64,000 nt of DNA from positions 21,807 to 85,806 of IMG/VR virus record IMGVR_UViG_3300045988_144274; one strand, given 5' to 3'. Positions 17,567 through 27,269 of the stretch are shown here, piece after piece (within the stretch, counting starts at the first letter, position 1; the number at the start of each line of letters is the position of its first letter). This DNA is from a virus. Under the pieces are notes generated by a model. That model saw nothing but the letters and a program-made list of their open reading frames with translations, made no database searches and was not told the origin of the DNA. Position numbers and translations under genes: made by a program.

Positions 17567-17933
17567 ACCATATATCTTTTAAAGTTTGAAGTTCATTTGA
17601 TACTTTCATATATTTAGAAAGTAAATCATCATAAGCTAATTTTAATCTTTTCCCTCTTAACCCTGAACCACTAAGGTTTTCAGCGGCAGGTTTTAGACCT
17701 ATTTGTTCATAATAAGCCATCATATATTCCTTTCTTTCATCTTTAGGTATATCCTTTAAATGGACTTGCATAATTTGAGGTCTTTTTGCCTTTTTTAATT
17801 GATAATTTAACTCTGCTATTTCAGATTGGAGCATTCCTATTTCAACCTTTGCAGCTTTATAATCTCTTAAAAGATACTTAAATAAAACCTCAATAGGTAA
17901 ATCTTCTAAATCAATTTTATTATCATTCTTCAT
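17556..17933 (-). CDS. hypothetical protein
   Basis: Track ORF in the minus-strand array. Confidence 0.5.
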   Translation of the reverse strand: MKNDNKIDLEDLPIEVLFKYLLRDYKAAKVEIGMLQSEIAELNYQLKKAKRPQIMQVHLKDIPKDERKEYMMAYYEQIGLKPAAENLSGSGLRGKRLKLAYDDLLSKYMKVSNELQTLKDIWYGK

Positions 17934-18141
17934 TTTTCTTTTTATCCATTATTTGCCATAATAAATTAACAGGTAATATATCCTTATTATACCCATTTTT
18001 TATTAATTCCATATTCTTTGCTAAATCCCTAGAATCAATAGGGAAATAATAGTATATAGAATTTTTATTCTCCGCTTCTATCGTCATATCTATTAAAGAT
18101 TGTAGATAGTCTCTAAGTTTAAAGTAATTAGGATTTGCCAT
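17923..18141 (-). CDS. hypothetical protein
   Basis: Track ORF in the minus-strand array. Confidence 0.5.
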   Translation of the reverse strand: MANPNYFKLRDYLQSLIDMTIEAENKNSIYYYFPIDSRDLAKNMELIKNGYNKDILPVNLLWQIMDKKKNEE

Positions 18142-18154
18142 ACTTGTACAACTA

Positions 18155-18322
18155 TTATATTACTTCATAATCTCTAATTATAAACTCCCAACTTTTAAAA
18201 TCTAGTTCTCTTGCTGTCATCATAGCTTTTTCTTTTGAGCTGAACACGCCAATAACAACTCTTCTTTCAACATTAGGGAAAGAAGAATTTTCAAACTTAT
18301 ACAATATCCAAACTTTATTCAT
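18155..18322 (-). CDS. small hypothetical protein (55 aa, below track cutoff)
   Basis: Hand-read ORF. ATGA overlap with the stop of 18319..18561. Confidence 0.4.
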   Translation of the reverse strand: MNKVWILYKFENSSFPNVERRVVIGVFSSKEKAMMTARELDFKSWEFIIRDYEVI

Positions 18323-18561
18323 AACCAAATCCTCACTTTCTTAACTCCATAACTTGTGAAAATATCAACTCCCATAATTTCGTTTCTTCTAAAATTTGAT
18401 AGAATATTATGAATACCATATTTTTTGTTAGCTTCATCCCATATACGTTTAGGTGTCTTTAATAAATAAGGAGGATTAATCCCTATTTCCTTATAATAAT
18501 TACATAGAAAATCAAGAGTTTTTAATAGTCCTTTGTAATTTACTTCTTTTATAAAATCCAT
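18319..18561 (-). CDS. hypothetical protein
   Basis: Track ORF with GGAGG upstream of the ATG. Confidence 0.5.
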   Translation of the reverse strand: MDFIKEVNYKGLLKTLDFLCNYYKEIGINPPYLLKTPKRIWDEANKKYGIHNILSNFRRNEIMGVDIFTSYGVKKVRIWL

Positions 18562-19275
18562 TTAGAATTCCTCCTTTTTTAGTTCTACTGTGATACCGCT
18601 ATCTGCAAATATAGCTCTAAATCCTGTCTCTTCAAATATTCTCTCACCAAACTTTTTTTCATCGCTATTTTGATTACTTAGATGAAGCCCTATGACTGTC
18701 TTTAAATTACGAGACTTATGTCTTTTAATAACTTCGATAGCCTGATCTAATGATAAGTGATTTTCAGATGCACTAGACGACCATTCATCATGTATCGCAT
18801 TATTTACAATCACATCATTACTGTAATTAGTTTCAATCATTAAAACATTTACATCTTTCACCTTATATTTAAAATAAGAACAATCAGTTATAAACAAGAC
18901 TCTCATTCCATCAGGGCAATCTATTATATATGAATAACATTGTGCATTATGAGGAACTTCTAAGCATTGGATATAAAAATTGCCAATATGATATTTCTTT
19001 TTAGGAAATATTGAAATAACTCCTTCATATTTATTTGCAACTTCTGAATTGCTATATACCGGAATAGTCCTTAATAAAAATTCCGGTATATATTTAGCAT
19101 GGTCAATGTGCAAATGGGAAACAATGCATCCAACAATATTCCTAAATTTATAGGAAATATTCTTATTTATAGGTCTAAATGGGATTCCTGCTTCAATTAA
19201 AAGAATTTCGTTATTACATTCAAGGATATACGCATTTCCTTTACTACTGCTCCCCGCTATCCTTAGAATTGTCAT
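18562..19275 (-). CDS. metallo-beta-lactamase-fold hydrolase (possible nuclease)
   Basis: HLHIDH motif (HxHxDH) and typical N-terminal GSSSKGNAYIL. Confidence 0.7.
   Translation of the reverse strand: MTILRIAGSSSKGNAYILECNNEILLIEAGIPFRPINKNISYKFRNIVGCIVSHLHIDHAKYIPEFLLRTIPVYSNSEVANKYEGVISIFPKKKYHIGNFYIQCLEVPHNAQCYSYIIDCPDGMRVLFITDCSYFKYKVKDVNVLMIETNYSNDVIVNNAIHDEWSSSASENHLSLDQAIEVIKRHKSRNLKTVIGLHLSNQNSDEKKFGERIFEETGFRAIFADSGITVELKKEEF
18603..18613 (-). promoter_or_regulatory. internal promoter box TATATTTGCAG
   Basis: Fifth copy of the 11-mer, inside the 3' end of the MBL gene and 45 nt upstream of the ATG at 18561. Confidence 0.3.
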
Positions 19276-19546
19276 AATCCTCTTTCATTAAATAAAATAA
19301 TTCTTCAAATATATTATAGTCCAACAAACGTGGGTCACATATTCCCATAATACTTTTGATTCTATATATTAAGCTTCCTACTAAATCGTCATCTGTTAAA
19401 ACTTGGAAAGGCTCTTGAAGATGATTGTCTAACTCATCGAGAATATCATCAATCGTATCAATGGTGAATTGTCTATATTTCCCCATATCATAATATAGTT
19501 TTAATTCTATATCCTCTACTTTACTTAATAATTCCTTCGCTGTCAT
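19244..19546 (-). CDS. hypothetical protein
   Basis: Track ORF in the minus-strand array. Confidence 0.5.
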   Translation of the reverse strand: MTAKELLSKVEDIELKLYYDMGKYRQFTIDTIDDILDELDNHLQEPFQVLTDDDLVGSLIYRIKSIMGICDPRLLDYNIFEELFYLMKEDYDNSKDSGEQ

Positions 19547-19736
19547 ATATTACTGTAAATTTTTCTTTTAACATTTCAGGTGTATATTCAGGATAATCTT
19601 CTTCATTGAAATCATCATATCTATATGGGTAAGATATCCATTTGTCAACTCCGGCACATTCCAATGCGTTTAATTCTCTTTCAGCGTTTAACAATGAAAG
19701 TAATTTTTCTTCTGATATTACATAAAAAGTTCTCAT
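19521..19736 (-). CDS. hypothetical protein
   Basis: Track ORF in the minus-strand array. Confidence 0.5.
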   Translation of the reverse strand: MRTFYVISEEKLLSLLNAERELNALECAGVDKWISYPYRYDDFNEEDYPEYTPEMLKEKFTVIYDSEGIIK

Positions 19737-19737
19737 A

Positions 19738-19938
19738 TCATTCTTCTTTTAATCCAAAATCACCAAAATCGCAATTTCTATCTTTCAATACTTCTACAAG
19801 TTCACTATCATCAAGATAGTCAAGAGCTATATCACAAAACTCTGCTTTTTCTTTTACAGACATAGATTCAAACAAGTCTTGTACATCAATACTAACAGTT
19901 ACATTTACGTTCATGATTATATCTTTTTGAAATAACAA
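19738..19938 (-). CDS. hypothetical acidic protein
   Basis: Track ORF in the minus-strand array. Confidence 0.5.
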   Translation of the reverse strand: MLFQKDIIMNVNVTVSIDVQDLFESMSVKEKAEFCDIALDYLDDSELVEVLKDRNCDFGDFGLKEE

Positions 19939-20327
19939 TTAATATCTTCCTCTTTTACCCACCAATGAGATTTATCACCATATTCATCAGTTATACACCC
20001 TTCATTTTCTGATAAGTATATTTCCCCTTGAAAATAAGCAATCTCGTCAGGTTCATTATTCATTATTACATCTTTAATACATAAGAATTTGTCCCCTCTC
20101 TGTATTCCTGTACTCTCTGATAATTCACCTTTTCTATATTTGTCGTATCGCTCAAAATAGTATTTGCTGAATTTTTCTGTTTTATGATTTATTAACTCCT
20201 CTTTAAACTGTTCATCGGTCATTGGAATTAATTCGTCATTAGACATGTATATTCGATACTTCCGCATATACAATTCAATACCTTTGCATACACATTTTGC
20301 GAGGAAATTTTCAATTCTTCTTTTCAT
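19917..20327 (-). CDS. hypothetical protein
   Basis: Track ORF in the minus-strand array. Confidence 0.5.
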   Translation of the reverse strand: MKRRIENFLAKCVCKGIELYMRKYRIYMSNDELIPMTDEQFKEELINHKTEKFSKYYFERYDKYRKGELSESTGIQRGDKFLCIKDVIMNNEPDEIAYFQGEIYLSENEGCITDEYGDKSHWWVKEEDINCYFKKI

Positions 20328-20331
20328 AATC

Positions 20332-20556
20332 TTAATTCACATAAACATATTGATAACTACTTATCCAAAAAAACTCTTGAAGATTATCCCCTAAATAATT
20401 ACGAATGTCTTTTTCTAAATAATCCTCAATATATTGGCAATCTTGTCGCCATCTTACTCCATTCTCTCTAGTAAGACATTGTACTTTTAAGTTTGAATAT
20501 TTATTACATAAGTATTCAAATAGTTTTTGAACTATGTCTGTTGTATTTTCACTCAT
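20332..20556 (-). CDS. hypothetical protein
   Basis: Track ORF in the minus-strand array. Confidence 0.5.
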   Translation of the reverse strand: MSENTTDIVQKLFEYLCNKYSNLKVQCLTRENGVRWRQDCQYIEDYLEKDIRNYLGDNLQEFFWISSYQYVYVN

Positions 20557-20716
20557 ATTTTTCTAATTAAAAAGTCCCATCCGAATAGGTATTACTACCT
20601 AAACAAAATGGGACTAAGTTGTGATTTATTTACTCAATATATATCTGCATCACCATCTATCCAATCGGGCATCATTTCGCCCAAAAAAGAATCTAGTTCA
20701 TCGTCATCATCCATAA

Positions 20717-21610
20717 TTAAAACGGGCGTGCTTTAACTTGTTTTTTCTTTTCTTCCTTGATAGTTTCCGGTTCACCTGCACTTGCATTTGCACCACTAAG
20801 CTCTTCTTTATTATTCAATGTGGACGCATCTACAGTTTCCGTTACTTCTTCGTATTCTACAACTTCACCTACTTGTTCAGTGCTTAGTTGCTTCAAATTA
20901 CTATTTGTTTGTTCCTCATTATCATCATCATCAAAAGCTTTTAATTCAGGAGTGGAATTTATAATCATTGTACATCCTGAATTTACAAGTGTCTTTTGCA
21001 GCATTTTCTCATCAAACTGTTTATGCGTTGCTTGCTCCCTAGATGAACTCTTAGACCATGCAGTCAATATTTGTTTACGAGTCATTTCGTAAAGATACAT
21101 CTCTCCATCTTTAGATGGCAAATATATATATCCTCCTATAAAATCTTTATCTAGGTTTTCTAATTTTTGTACGTGTTTCAAAAGTTTCTTCTTACCTGTC
21201 TTAGGATCAACTTCTGTTACATATTCATCCCCTTCTCTAATTGAGTGCGGCATTGGCTCCCAATCAGGAAATATGCGTTTTACCATAAGTACATTCCCAA
21301 AATATCCGGGGTCTATACAAAGATCTGTTCCACGAACTACAGCATACGCCTGATTATAAGCTAAATTCAATCCTTTTGTAGCCATTTTAAAAAGTGCTGA
21401 ACTAATGCTTACAGGGTCACAAACCTCTAATGCCGGACGCTTATCCTTATCTTTCAACTCTTGTAACTTTAGAACGCTCATCTTGATAGCATTCACATAG
21501 TTATAATCTTTAGGGAAATTGAAATTAGCTTGGGCTAATTCATTCAATCTTCCAATTACTTGGTCGCCAATGTTATTTCTTAAAGCGACATTTTTTTTCT
21601 CATCTGCCAT
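20717..21610 (-). CDS. recT: RecT-family single-strand annealing recombinase
   Basis: N-terminal two thirds resemble RecT/Bet-type proteins (PVSISSALFKMATKGLNL..AYAVVRG...GYFG). Acidic C-terminal tail. Confidence 0.6.
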   Translation of the reverse strand: MADEKKNVALRNNIGDQVIGRLNELAQANFNFPKDYNYVNAIKMSVLKLQELKDKDKRPALEVCDPVSISSALFKMATKGLNLAYNQAYAVVRGTDLCIDPGYFGNVLMVKRIFPDWEPMPHSIREGDEYVTEVDPKTGKKKLLKHVQKLENLDKDFIGGYIYLPSKDGEMYLYEMTRKQILTAWSKSSSREQATHKQFDEKMLQKTLVNSGCTMIINSTPELKAFDDDDNEEQTNSNLKQLSTEQVGEVVEYEEVTETVDASTLNNKEELSGANASAGEPETIKEEKKKQVKARPF

Positions 21611-22416
21611 TATTTATATTTATTATTGATTAATTTTCTAATGAAATCTACGCCCTTTTGATAAACTAAAGTCTTGAAATTAATACATTCTTCATAGTTT
21701 TTAGTATATTTCTGCTCTATTACTCTGAAATATCCTAAATCTTGATAACGCTGATACGGAATGTTATTATTCATAAGCACTTTTTCTTGTCGAAGAAATT
21801 CAAATAGGTTATTTCTTCCCATTCCTTTTATTCCAAGAACTTTAGCAACTTCTAGCATAGGAACAGCATCTTTACTATCTGCTACCGCATCGAAAAATTC
21901 TGCTTTAGGAGCTTGTTCTGCAATCAATGCTTGTTGTTTTTCTATTTGTTCAGCTTGTTCAGCAGCAAGCCTTAATGCTTCTGCAAAAGTTTTGGGGAGA
22001 GCTTTTTCTATAGTGCTTTTTGCTATTCTTTCACATTCCAAAAAGTAGTTTCTATACTCATAACTTTTTTCTGTTCTCGCCATCATTGCAAGATGTTTTG
22101 CAAAGTCAAGAGTGATAGCATAATCTTTTGTTTCATTACCGTTCGCCATTGTGGCGAACCCCACCCAATCTTCATTTTCATTGAAGAATTTATCTTCTTC
22201 AATGTTTTGCATACTCCATCTCGTCCAATGTGATTTGTCTAATCCAAGTCCAAGATACAATTCTTTAGCGGAAACGACTTGTTTTCCGTTTTTTTCTGTA
22301 ATTTTGATTAATTCATTCATATTACCAACATTATTTGTGAGCCAACAATAAGGAAGAAAGGGAAACCTGTTGGCATAGCTTTCAGTGGGAGTACTAAATC
22401 CACCTATCCCTTTCAT
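21610..22416 (-). CDS. phage antirepressor, N-terminal Rha/ORF6N-like plus C-terminal KilAC domain
   Basis: AEFFDAVADSKDAVPMLEVAKVLGIKGMGRNNLFEFLRQEKVL is KilAC-like. The likely true start is MNELIKITEKNGKQ at 22320, because a -7 box lies only 5 nt from the track start. Confidence 0.7.
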   Translation of the reverse strand: MKGIGGFSTPTESYANRFPFLPYCWLTNNVGNMNELIKITEKNGKQVVSAKELYLGLGLDKSHWTRWSMQNIEEDKFFNENEDWVGFATMANGNETKDYAITLDFAKHLAMMARTEKSYEYRNYFLECERIAKSTIEKALPKTFAEALRLAAEQAEQIEKQQALIAEQAPKAEFFDAVADSKDAVPMLEVAKVLGIKGMGRNNLFEFLRQEKVLMNNNIPYQRYQDLGYFRVIEQKYTKNYEECINFKTLVYQKGVDFIRKLINNKYK

Positions 22417-22420
22417 TCCA

Positions 22421-22428
22421 CAAATATA
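22421..22428 (-). promoter_or_regulatory. -7 promoter box TATATTTG
   Basis: Reverse complement of caaatata, in the gap upstream of the antirepressor gene. Confidence 0.35.
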
Positions 22429-22503
22429 GAGATATTATTTGTTATATCCAATAACCTCTACGTCAATTCCATTAACTTTAAACTTCTGTAACACATCAGA
22501 TAT

Positions 22504-22890
22504 TCAAAATGGTAGTGCATCGGCAGCACTTTGACTCATTGATGAAAAATTTTGTGTTGGTTGCGATGACTGTGGTGTTGGGACAGGAGGTGCTTGCTTA
22601 GCTGCCTGTGACTCAAACTTCTTTTTAACACTCCATGCTTTTATAGATGTATACCAACGTCCCTTAAATTCTCTGGATTCAAGATTTACTCCAATACTAA
22701 CAACATCTCCGATTCTAATGTTCGCTTCTTTAATCTTGTCTGCTCCCAAAATAGTGAAACAAATATTTTTAGGATAGTTATCGTCTGTCTTTAATACAAA
22801 ATCTTGGCTAACCCATTCACCTCTCTGTCCCACACCTCTAGTTTCGGGGAGTATGGCAGTAATTTGACCTTCAATATATATTGCTTCCAT
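22504..22890 (-). CDS. DUF3127-type OB-fold single-stranded DNA-binding protein
   Basis: GQITAILPETRGVGQRGEWVSQDFVLKT pattern, Pro/Gln-rich linker, and C-terminal tip DALPF resembling the SSB acidic tail. Confidence 0.6.
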   Translation of the reverse strand: MEAIYIEGQITAILPETRGVGQRGEWVSQDFVLKTDDNYPKNICFTILGADKIKEANIRIGDVVSIGVNLESREFKGRWYTSIKAWSVKKKFESQAAKQAPPVPTPQSSQPTQNFSSMSQSAADALPF

Positions 22891-22892
22891 TA

Positions 22893-23330
22893 TTATTTGT
22901 TATTATATGGATAAACGTCCATTATTTTACTATTAGATACACTTTCGATTCTATAATCAGCCATTGTACCTTTCATGTATTCGTCTAAATTCTTTACAGC
23001 TTGTCTTAAATCTGCTGCTTGTACAAGCATATTGGTTGTCATAGTCTTTTCAGCCCCAGTCTTTTCGTCTAAGGTGATATACCCAAGTTTACACTTAAAC
23101 CAAGTATCATCAGCTTCATTATCGCTTGGAACTACTTCTGCGTATTTTGTATCTACCACAGCTTTTATCGAAAAATCACCACTGATAAAGGGAGACATCT
23201 CTTCTATTAGTCTAGCTTCGGCTTCTGTCACAGATAAGGCATCTATTAGATATTTTTCTGTAACTTTTTTTTCTTTCCCGTTCTCCATTACTTTTTCGTA
23301 TTTCAGAGAACCTAAAAACCATTTTTTCAT
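22893..23330 (-). CDS. DUF4494 family protein
   Basis: MKKWFLGSLKYEKVMENGKEKKVTEKYLIDALSVTEAEARL. ATG at 23330 preferred over the track start at 23375. Confidence 0.55.
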   Translation of the reverse strand: MKKWFLGSLKYEKVMENGKEKKVTEKYLIDALSVTEAEARLIEEMSPFISGDFSIKAVVDTKYAEVVPSDNEADDTWFKCKLGYITLDEKTGAEKTMTTNMLVQAADLRQAVKNLDEYMKGTMADYRIESVSNSKIMDVYPYNNK

Positions 23331-23362
23331 AATAATGTTTTTTAAAATGTAAATATATAAAA

Positions 23363-23728
23363 CTAACAATCGCAATTTTTATTATCTACTTCTTCATCTT
23401 CATCTTCATTAAATAAGCCGTTAAAGGTTTCATCATATTCCTTAATAGCAACCAATACATTCCTTTGAAACTCAAAGAACTTTCTATGATTCATAGAACA
23501 TTGTGAACCCATCGTTAATGTAGCTATATAAGACAAAGCATGTCCTAAATCGTCATCATCATGTGATTGTTTTGCAAATAATTCCGTAATATCATCTATA
23601 TTAGAAATTGTTGCTGAAAAATGACTTTCATTTGTTTTAATTAATATTAAAGCAGGAATATCATTTTCTTCTATAAATTTAGAAAGACTTTCAAATTTCT
23701 TTATTAATTCATTTTCTTTATTTTTCAT
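23363..23728 (-). CDS. hypothetical acidic protein
   Basis: Track ORF with acidic C-terminus. Confidence 0.5.
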   Translation of the reverse strand: MKNKENELIKKFESLSKFIEENDIPALILIKTNESHFSATISNIDDITELFAKQSHDDDDLGHALSYIATLTMGSQCSMNHRKFFEFQRNVLVAIKEYDETFNGLFNEDEDEEVDNKNCDC

Positions 23729-23732
23729 ATTG

Positions 23733-24086
23733 TTATTTTTTTAACGCATCATCTATTGACACTCTGTTTTTTTTAACTTTTGTATATTCAGTGCTTCTTA
23801 TTATATTTCCACACCAAGTATTAGTACTTTGTCCTAACATTTCAAGCTCTTTATTTTTTTTCTTGGAAGCTTTAGGGAGTAAGCCGTATACATAACCATA
23901 CTGATTAGGCTTTTTCTCAACAGCTTTCAATGTCAGTATGTACTCCCCTTTTCTGTTCCTATATATTGTATTAAATCTTAGTGGGATAAAAATACCTTTT
24001 TCCTCCACCCCACCCACCTCATCATTAGTTATGATAACCCCATTCAGTTCAGATAGGGTCACATTTACACTTAAATTATTATTCAT
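23733..24086 (-). CDS. hypothetical protein
   Basis: Track ORF in the minus-strand array. Confidence 0.5.
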   Translation of the reverse strand: MNNNLSVNVTLSELNGVIITNDEVGGVEEKGIFIPLRFNTIYRNRKGEYILTLKAVEKKPNQYGYVYGLLPKASKKKNKELEMLGQSTNTWCGNIIRSTEYTKVKKNRVSIDDALKK

Positions 24087-24481
24087 TTTCCTATTTCTAT
24101 TTTCTTAAAGATACGTTCATACCACGGAAGATTATTGAAATCATCTATTTTATTTTTAATGTTAGTTACTTTTTTACATTCTTTATCTAACATATCTAGC
24201 CGTTCTTTATAATTTTCTAGCTGTTCTTCCATCTTTTTTATTAGATTATCCTCATCACAAATATAAACAGAAGAAAGTGTCCCCCAACCCCAAAACCTAG
24301 TATACGCTGCCATCTTTTCAGATATTAATGCGGTAATAAGAGCTAAATCTTCTGCATTTATCAGATAATCTCCTTTTAGTTCGAAATCTTCTGGGAATTT
24401 ACCATTAATAACTTCTACATCACCAACCTTGTAGCTAAGTTCCCTACCATTAAAATAAACACGATTAAATTTGTCATTCAT
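24083..24481 (-). CDS. hypothetical coiled-coil protein
   Basis: Track ORF in the minus-strand array. Confidence 0.5.
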   Translation of the reverse strand: MNDKFNRVYFNGRELSYKVGDVEVINGKFPEDFELKGDYLINAEDLALITALISEKMAAYTRFWGWGTLSSVYICDEDNLIKKMEEQLENYKERLDMLDKECKKVTNIKNKIDDFNNLPWYERIFKKIEIGK

Positions 24482-24492
24482 AACTTTTACTT

Positions 24493-24927
24493 TTAAAGAT
24501 TTATATTTAATTCTTTCCCATTAATTGCAAAAAACAAGTTTTGTAATTGGTGGACATATTCTACATTTTGTTTTACTGTGAAATCAGCTATTTTAGCACA
24601 ATTAGGGTTAAGGTATATGTATAATGGCATGTAAGCATTTATATCTTTTAAACTCTTTCTATTAAAAGAATAAAAAGAATATCCACAAATATGATTTATT
24701 TTCTCAAATCCGCAATTTAAAAGTATTTCTTCTGTTAGAGGAATTCCTTTAACTTCATGTAATATTGCGGTAATAAATCCATCAAAAAGCAAATCTACAA
24801 GAATTGTATTGTCGTATCTCTTTTCACTTCTTGGATATTTATTTTCAAAAGAATATACTTCTAAATTTAATCCATTATAGCTGACATAATTCCCAACTCT
24901 TAATTCATTTATTTCCATGTTATTCAA
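24493..24927 (-). CDS. hypothetical protein, paralogue family B
   Basis: Shares ELR[VI]GNYV, GIPLTEE.LL.CGFE and VH..QNL[FY]FAI..KELNI.L with 30155..30571. Confidence 0.6.
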   Translation of the reverse strand: MNNMEINELRVGNYVSYNGLNLEVYSFENKYPRSEKRYDNTILVDLLFDGFITAILHEVKGIPLTEEILLNCGFEKINHICGYSFYSFNRKSLKDINAYMPLYIYLNPNCAKIADFTVKQNVEYVHQLQNLFFAINGKELNINL

Positions 24928-26881
24928 CTCTTAATTCATTATCACTGTCATTTACTATTAATTCGATTAATTGATGGCAAGTTTTTATTTCATTGCTAGA
25001 ATCTATTAGATTCATATCATCAACAAACAGAGGCAAACTTACATTGAAGAAATCTGCAAAAGCATTTGCAATATCAATACCAATAAGTATTCTTTCTGCA
25101 CCGTTTGATGTAGCAGCAATTGCTCCATCTATTCCAGTAATCACGCAATCAGGAATCCAAACACCGGATTTATCCTGTGACATCATGGTAATATTGCACC
25201 GTTTGAAGAATTTATTTACTCTATCAGAAATAATCTTAGCTCTTTCTTCTTCGTATGTTTTAATTTGATTATCTAACTTTTCTTGTTCTGCTAAAGCATT
25301 GGCAGTATCTTTCAGTTGTTTCTTAAATTCTTCTATTTTTTTCTCTTGTTTTTTGCGCTCATCAATAAGTCCCATTTTTTTGCTTTCCTCTTCAATATTC
25401 GACATTAAAGCTTTTTTCATGGAAAGTAAACCTGAATTATCTTGTTCAGGAATAGTTGTTATTGTCTTTTTCTTTTCTTCTAATAAGCTAACTAATGATT
25501 TATATTTTTCAGTTTGCTCAAATGGGATAACATTTTGTTGAACTTCATCATATTCTTTTTGTAAAGTAGACAGATCTTTCTTCTCCAAAAGAGCAGTCGG
25601 AATATCAGCAAGATTCTCTTCACATTCTGCAATTACTTTAGTTACATCATCAATTCTTGCTTTTACATTCAGCCCTTCTTTTATTATATTTTCTTTTTCT
25701 ATTTCTACTTGTTTATAAAACTCCTTTTTTAATAATTCTAATTTGTCATCAGGAAGAGTTTGTCCACAATAAGAACATTTATCTGCTGAAAATTCCTTTT
25801 CCAAACATTCATCCAATTTAGTTAATAGATTATTTCTTCTTTCATTTAGAATTCCTAAATCTATATTTAATGATTTTATTTTATCAGATAGAACTCTTCT
25901 TTTTCTTCGGTTTTCTTCGTTTTTATTATCTATATTTTTATTCTCTTCTGTTACAGAACATATATTAGAAAGAATAGAAGCTGAAATCTTATTCTGTTCT
26001 TCATCGTATTTTTCTTTTTCAGTTCTAATATTCCGTTCCCAATCAGATATTTCTTGCAAATCTTTATTTCTCTTTTCTATTAGAGGTTTAATAGATTCAG
26101 CACTTCCTTGTAATTCTTTATCTATATCCGAAATTTGATTTTTATAATTTTCTATGGCTTTCTTAGCACTTTCCGCCTCTTCTACATTTGGCAGATTTTC
26201 CTCCAAAGTTTTTATCGTAAGAGGAAGGGATTTAAGAGAGTCTTTTAGAGGTTTAATATCTGACGAAATTCGGGCTTTTAATTCAGAGAGTGAATACTTC
26301 TCTAGTTGCTCTAATAATTCCTTGTAATTACCCGTTAAGTCGTTGTCTGTTATTTCACCTGCCATTACAGCAAGATATTTACGTTGTTCTTTCCAATCTA
26401 AATATAAAAAGTAATTAATATCCAAAATAGAGCGAAGAACTTCCAAATCACAAAATAAATCTGCAATCTTTTCTTTATACTTTCCGGCACTTAACTCTAC
26501 TCCATCAATAAAGAACTTATAATCATCTGTTCCTTTTCTTTCATAAGAATTGCTTCCTCTACGTCTAATCCATCCCACTTCTGCTGTTTTTTTCAATGAA
26601 TATTCATATCCATTTGCCTCGATGATAGCCTCAACGACAGCGGCAGGAGAATCTTCTGGTATATATGTTTTAGTATTGTCGAATAAATTATAGTTCATTC
26701 TATTTTCCCCATCATATCCTGTAATAAGCCATAGGAATGCATGACGAAGAGAGGACTTACCTGCTTTATTTTGACCATATACTTTAGTAATATCTTCATT
26801 AAAAGATATTTCTTTGTTTTGTTTTCTCCAATTTTGAAGAATAAGCTTTTTTAAAATTACTTTTTTCATTTCGTTTATCAT
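24920..26881 (-). CDS. SMC/SbcC/Rad50-like AAA ATPase
   Basis: Walker A GQNKAGKSS in an SbcC-like N-terminus, ~400-aa coiled coil with a central CSYCG hook-like motif, and C-terminal LPLFVDDMNLID Walker B-like motif. Confidence 0.7.
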   Translation of the reverse strand: MINEMKKVILKKLILQNWRKQNKEISFNEDITKVYGQNKAGKSSLRHAFLWLITGYDGENRMNYNLFDNTKTYIPEDSPAAVVEAIIEANGYEYSLKKTAEVGWIRRRGSNSYERKGTDDYKFFIDGVELSAGKYKEKIADLFCDLEVLRSILDINYFLYLDWKEQRKYLAVMAGEITDNDLTGNYKELLEQLEKYSLSELKARISSDIKPLKDSLKSLPLTIKTLEENLPNVEEAESAKKAIENYKNQISDIDKELQGSAESIKPLIEKRNKDLQEISDWERNIRTEKEKYDEEQNKISASILSNICSVTEENKNIDNKNEENRRKRRVLSDKIKSLNIDLGILNERRNNLLTKLDECLEKEFSADKCSYCGQTLPDDKLELLKKEFYKQVEIEKENIIKEGLNVKARIDDVTKVIAECEENLADIPTALLEKKDLSTLQKEYDEVQQNVIPFEQTEKYKSLVSLLEEKKKTITTIPEQDNSGLLSMKKALMSNIEEESKKMGLIDERKKQEKKIEEFKKQLKDTANALAEQEKLDNQIKTYEEERAKIISDRVNKFFKRCNITMMSQDKSGVWIPDCVITGIDGAIAATSNGAERILIGIDIANAFADFFNVSLPLFVDDMNLIDSSNEIKTCHQLIELIVNDSDNELRVE

Positions 26882-26894
26882 TATAGTTAATTAT

Positions 26895-27269
26895 CTATTC
26901 CTCCCATTCTATTTTAGCGGTATCAATAAAAAGCTTGTCTGATGCTTTATACTTCAACGCTTCTTCTTTTGTCTTATATATGATTGAAGAACCAATAAAA
27001 TTTTCTCCATTGGTGCACTTGTATATATTTATCCATCCTTCTCTCTTCTCTCCGACCATACATAAATTCTTGTCTTTTGTAAGTGCTTTTTCCCAATATA
27101 TGCCATCTTGGGTATAAGAATATGGTTTTTCGCCTTCGTCCGTAAAAATTAACGCAACAATAGGATATTGGTAATTCACAGCGTCAAAACATATAATCCG
27201 AACTGCTTCACCTTTCACTGTGCATACTTTAGCACCTTCTTTGGCTTTTTCTAAATCAAATGGTTTCAT
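26895..27269 (-). CDS. hypothetical protein
   Basis: Track ORF in the minus-strand array. Confidence 0.5.
   Translation of the reverse strand: MKPFDLEKAKEGAKVCTVKGEAVRIICFDAVNYQYPIVALIFTDEGEKPYSYTQDGIYWEKALTKDKNLCMVGEKREGWINIYKCTNGENFIGSSIIYKTKEEALKYKASDKLFIDTAKIEWEE

Noticed and set aside
20757-23352. Plus-strand ORFs 20757..21092, 21761..22048, 22151..22351 and 22975..23352 inside RecT, antirepressor and DUF4494 genes
   Set aside because: Ser/Phe/Cys-rich antisense translations of well-supported minus-strand genes.
24920-26881. SMC-like ATPase as part of a Lamassu/Gabija-type defence system
   Set aside because: It sits inside the phage recombination/replication module (RecT, SSB, RuvC-like, MBL-fold) and has no recognisable LmuA/LmuC-like or nuclease-effector partners. 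An SbcC/Rad50-like recombination role is the simpler reading.
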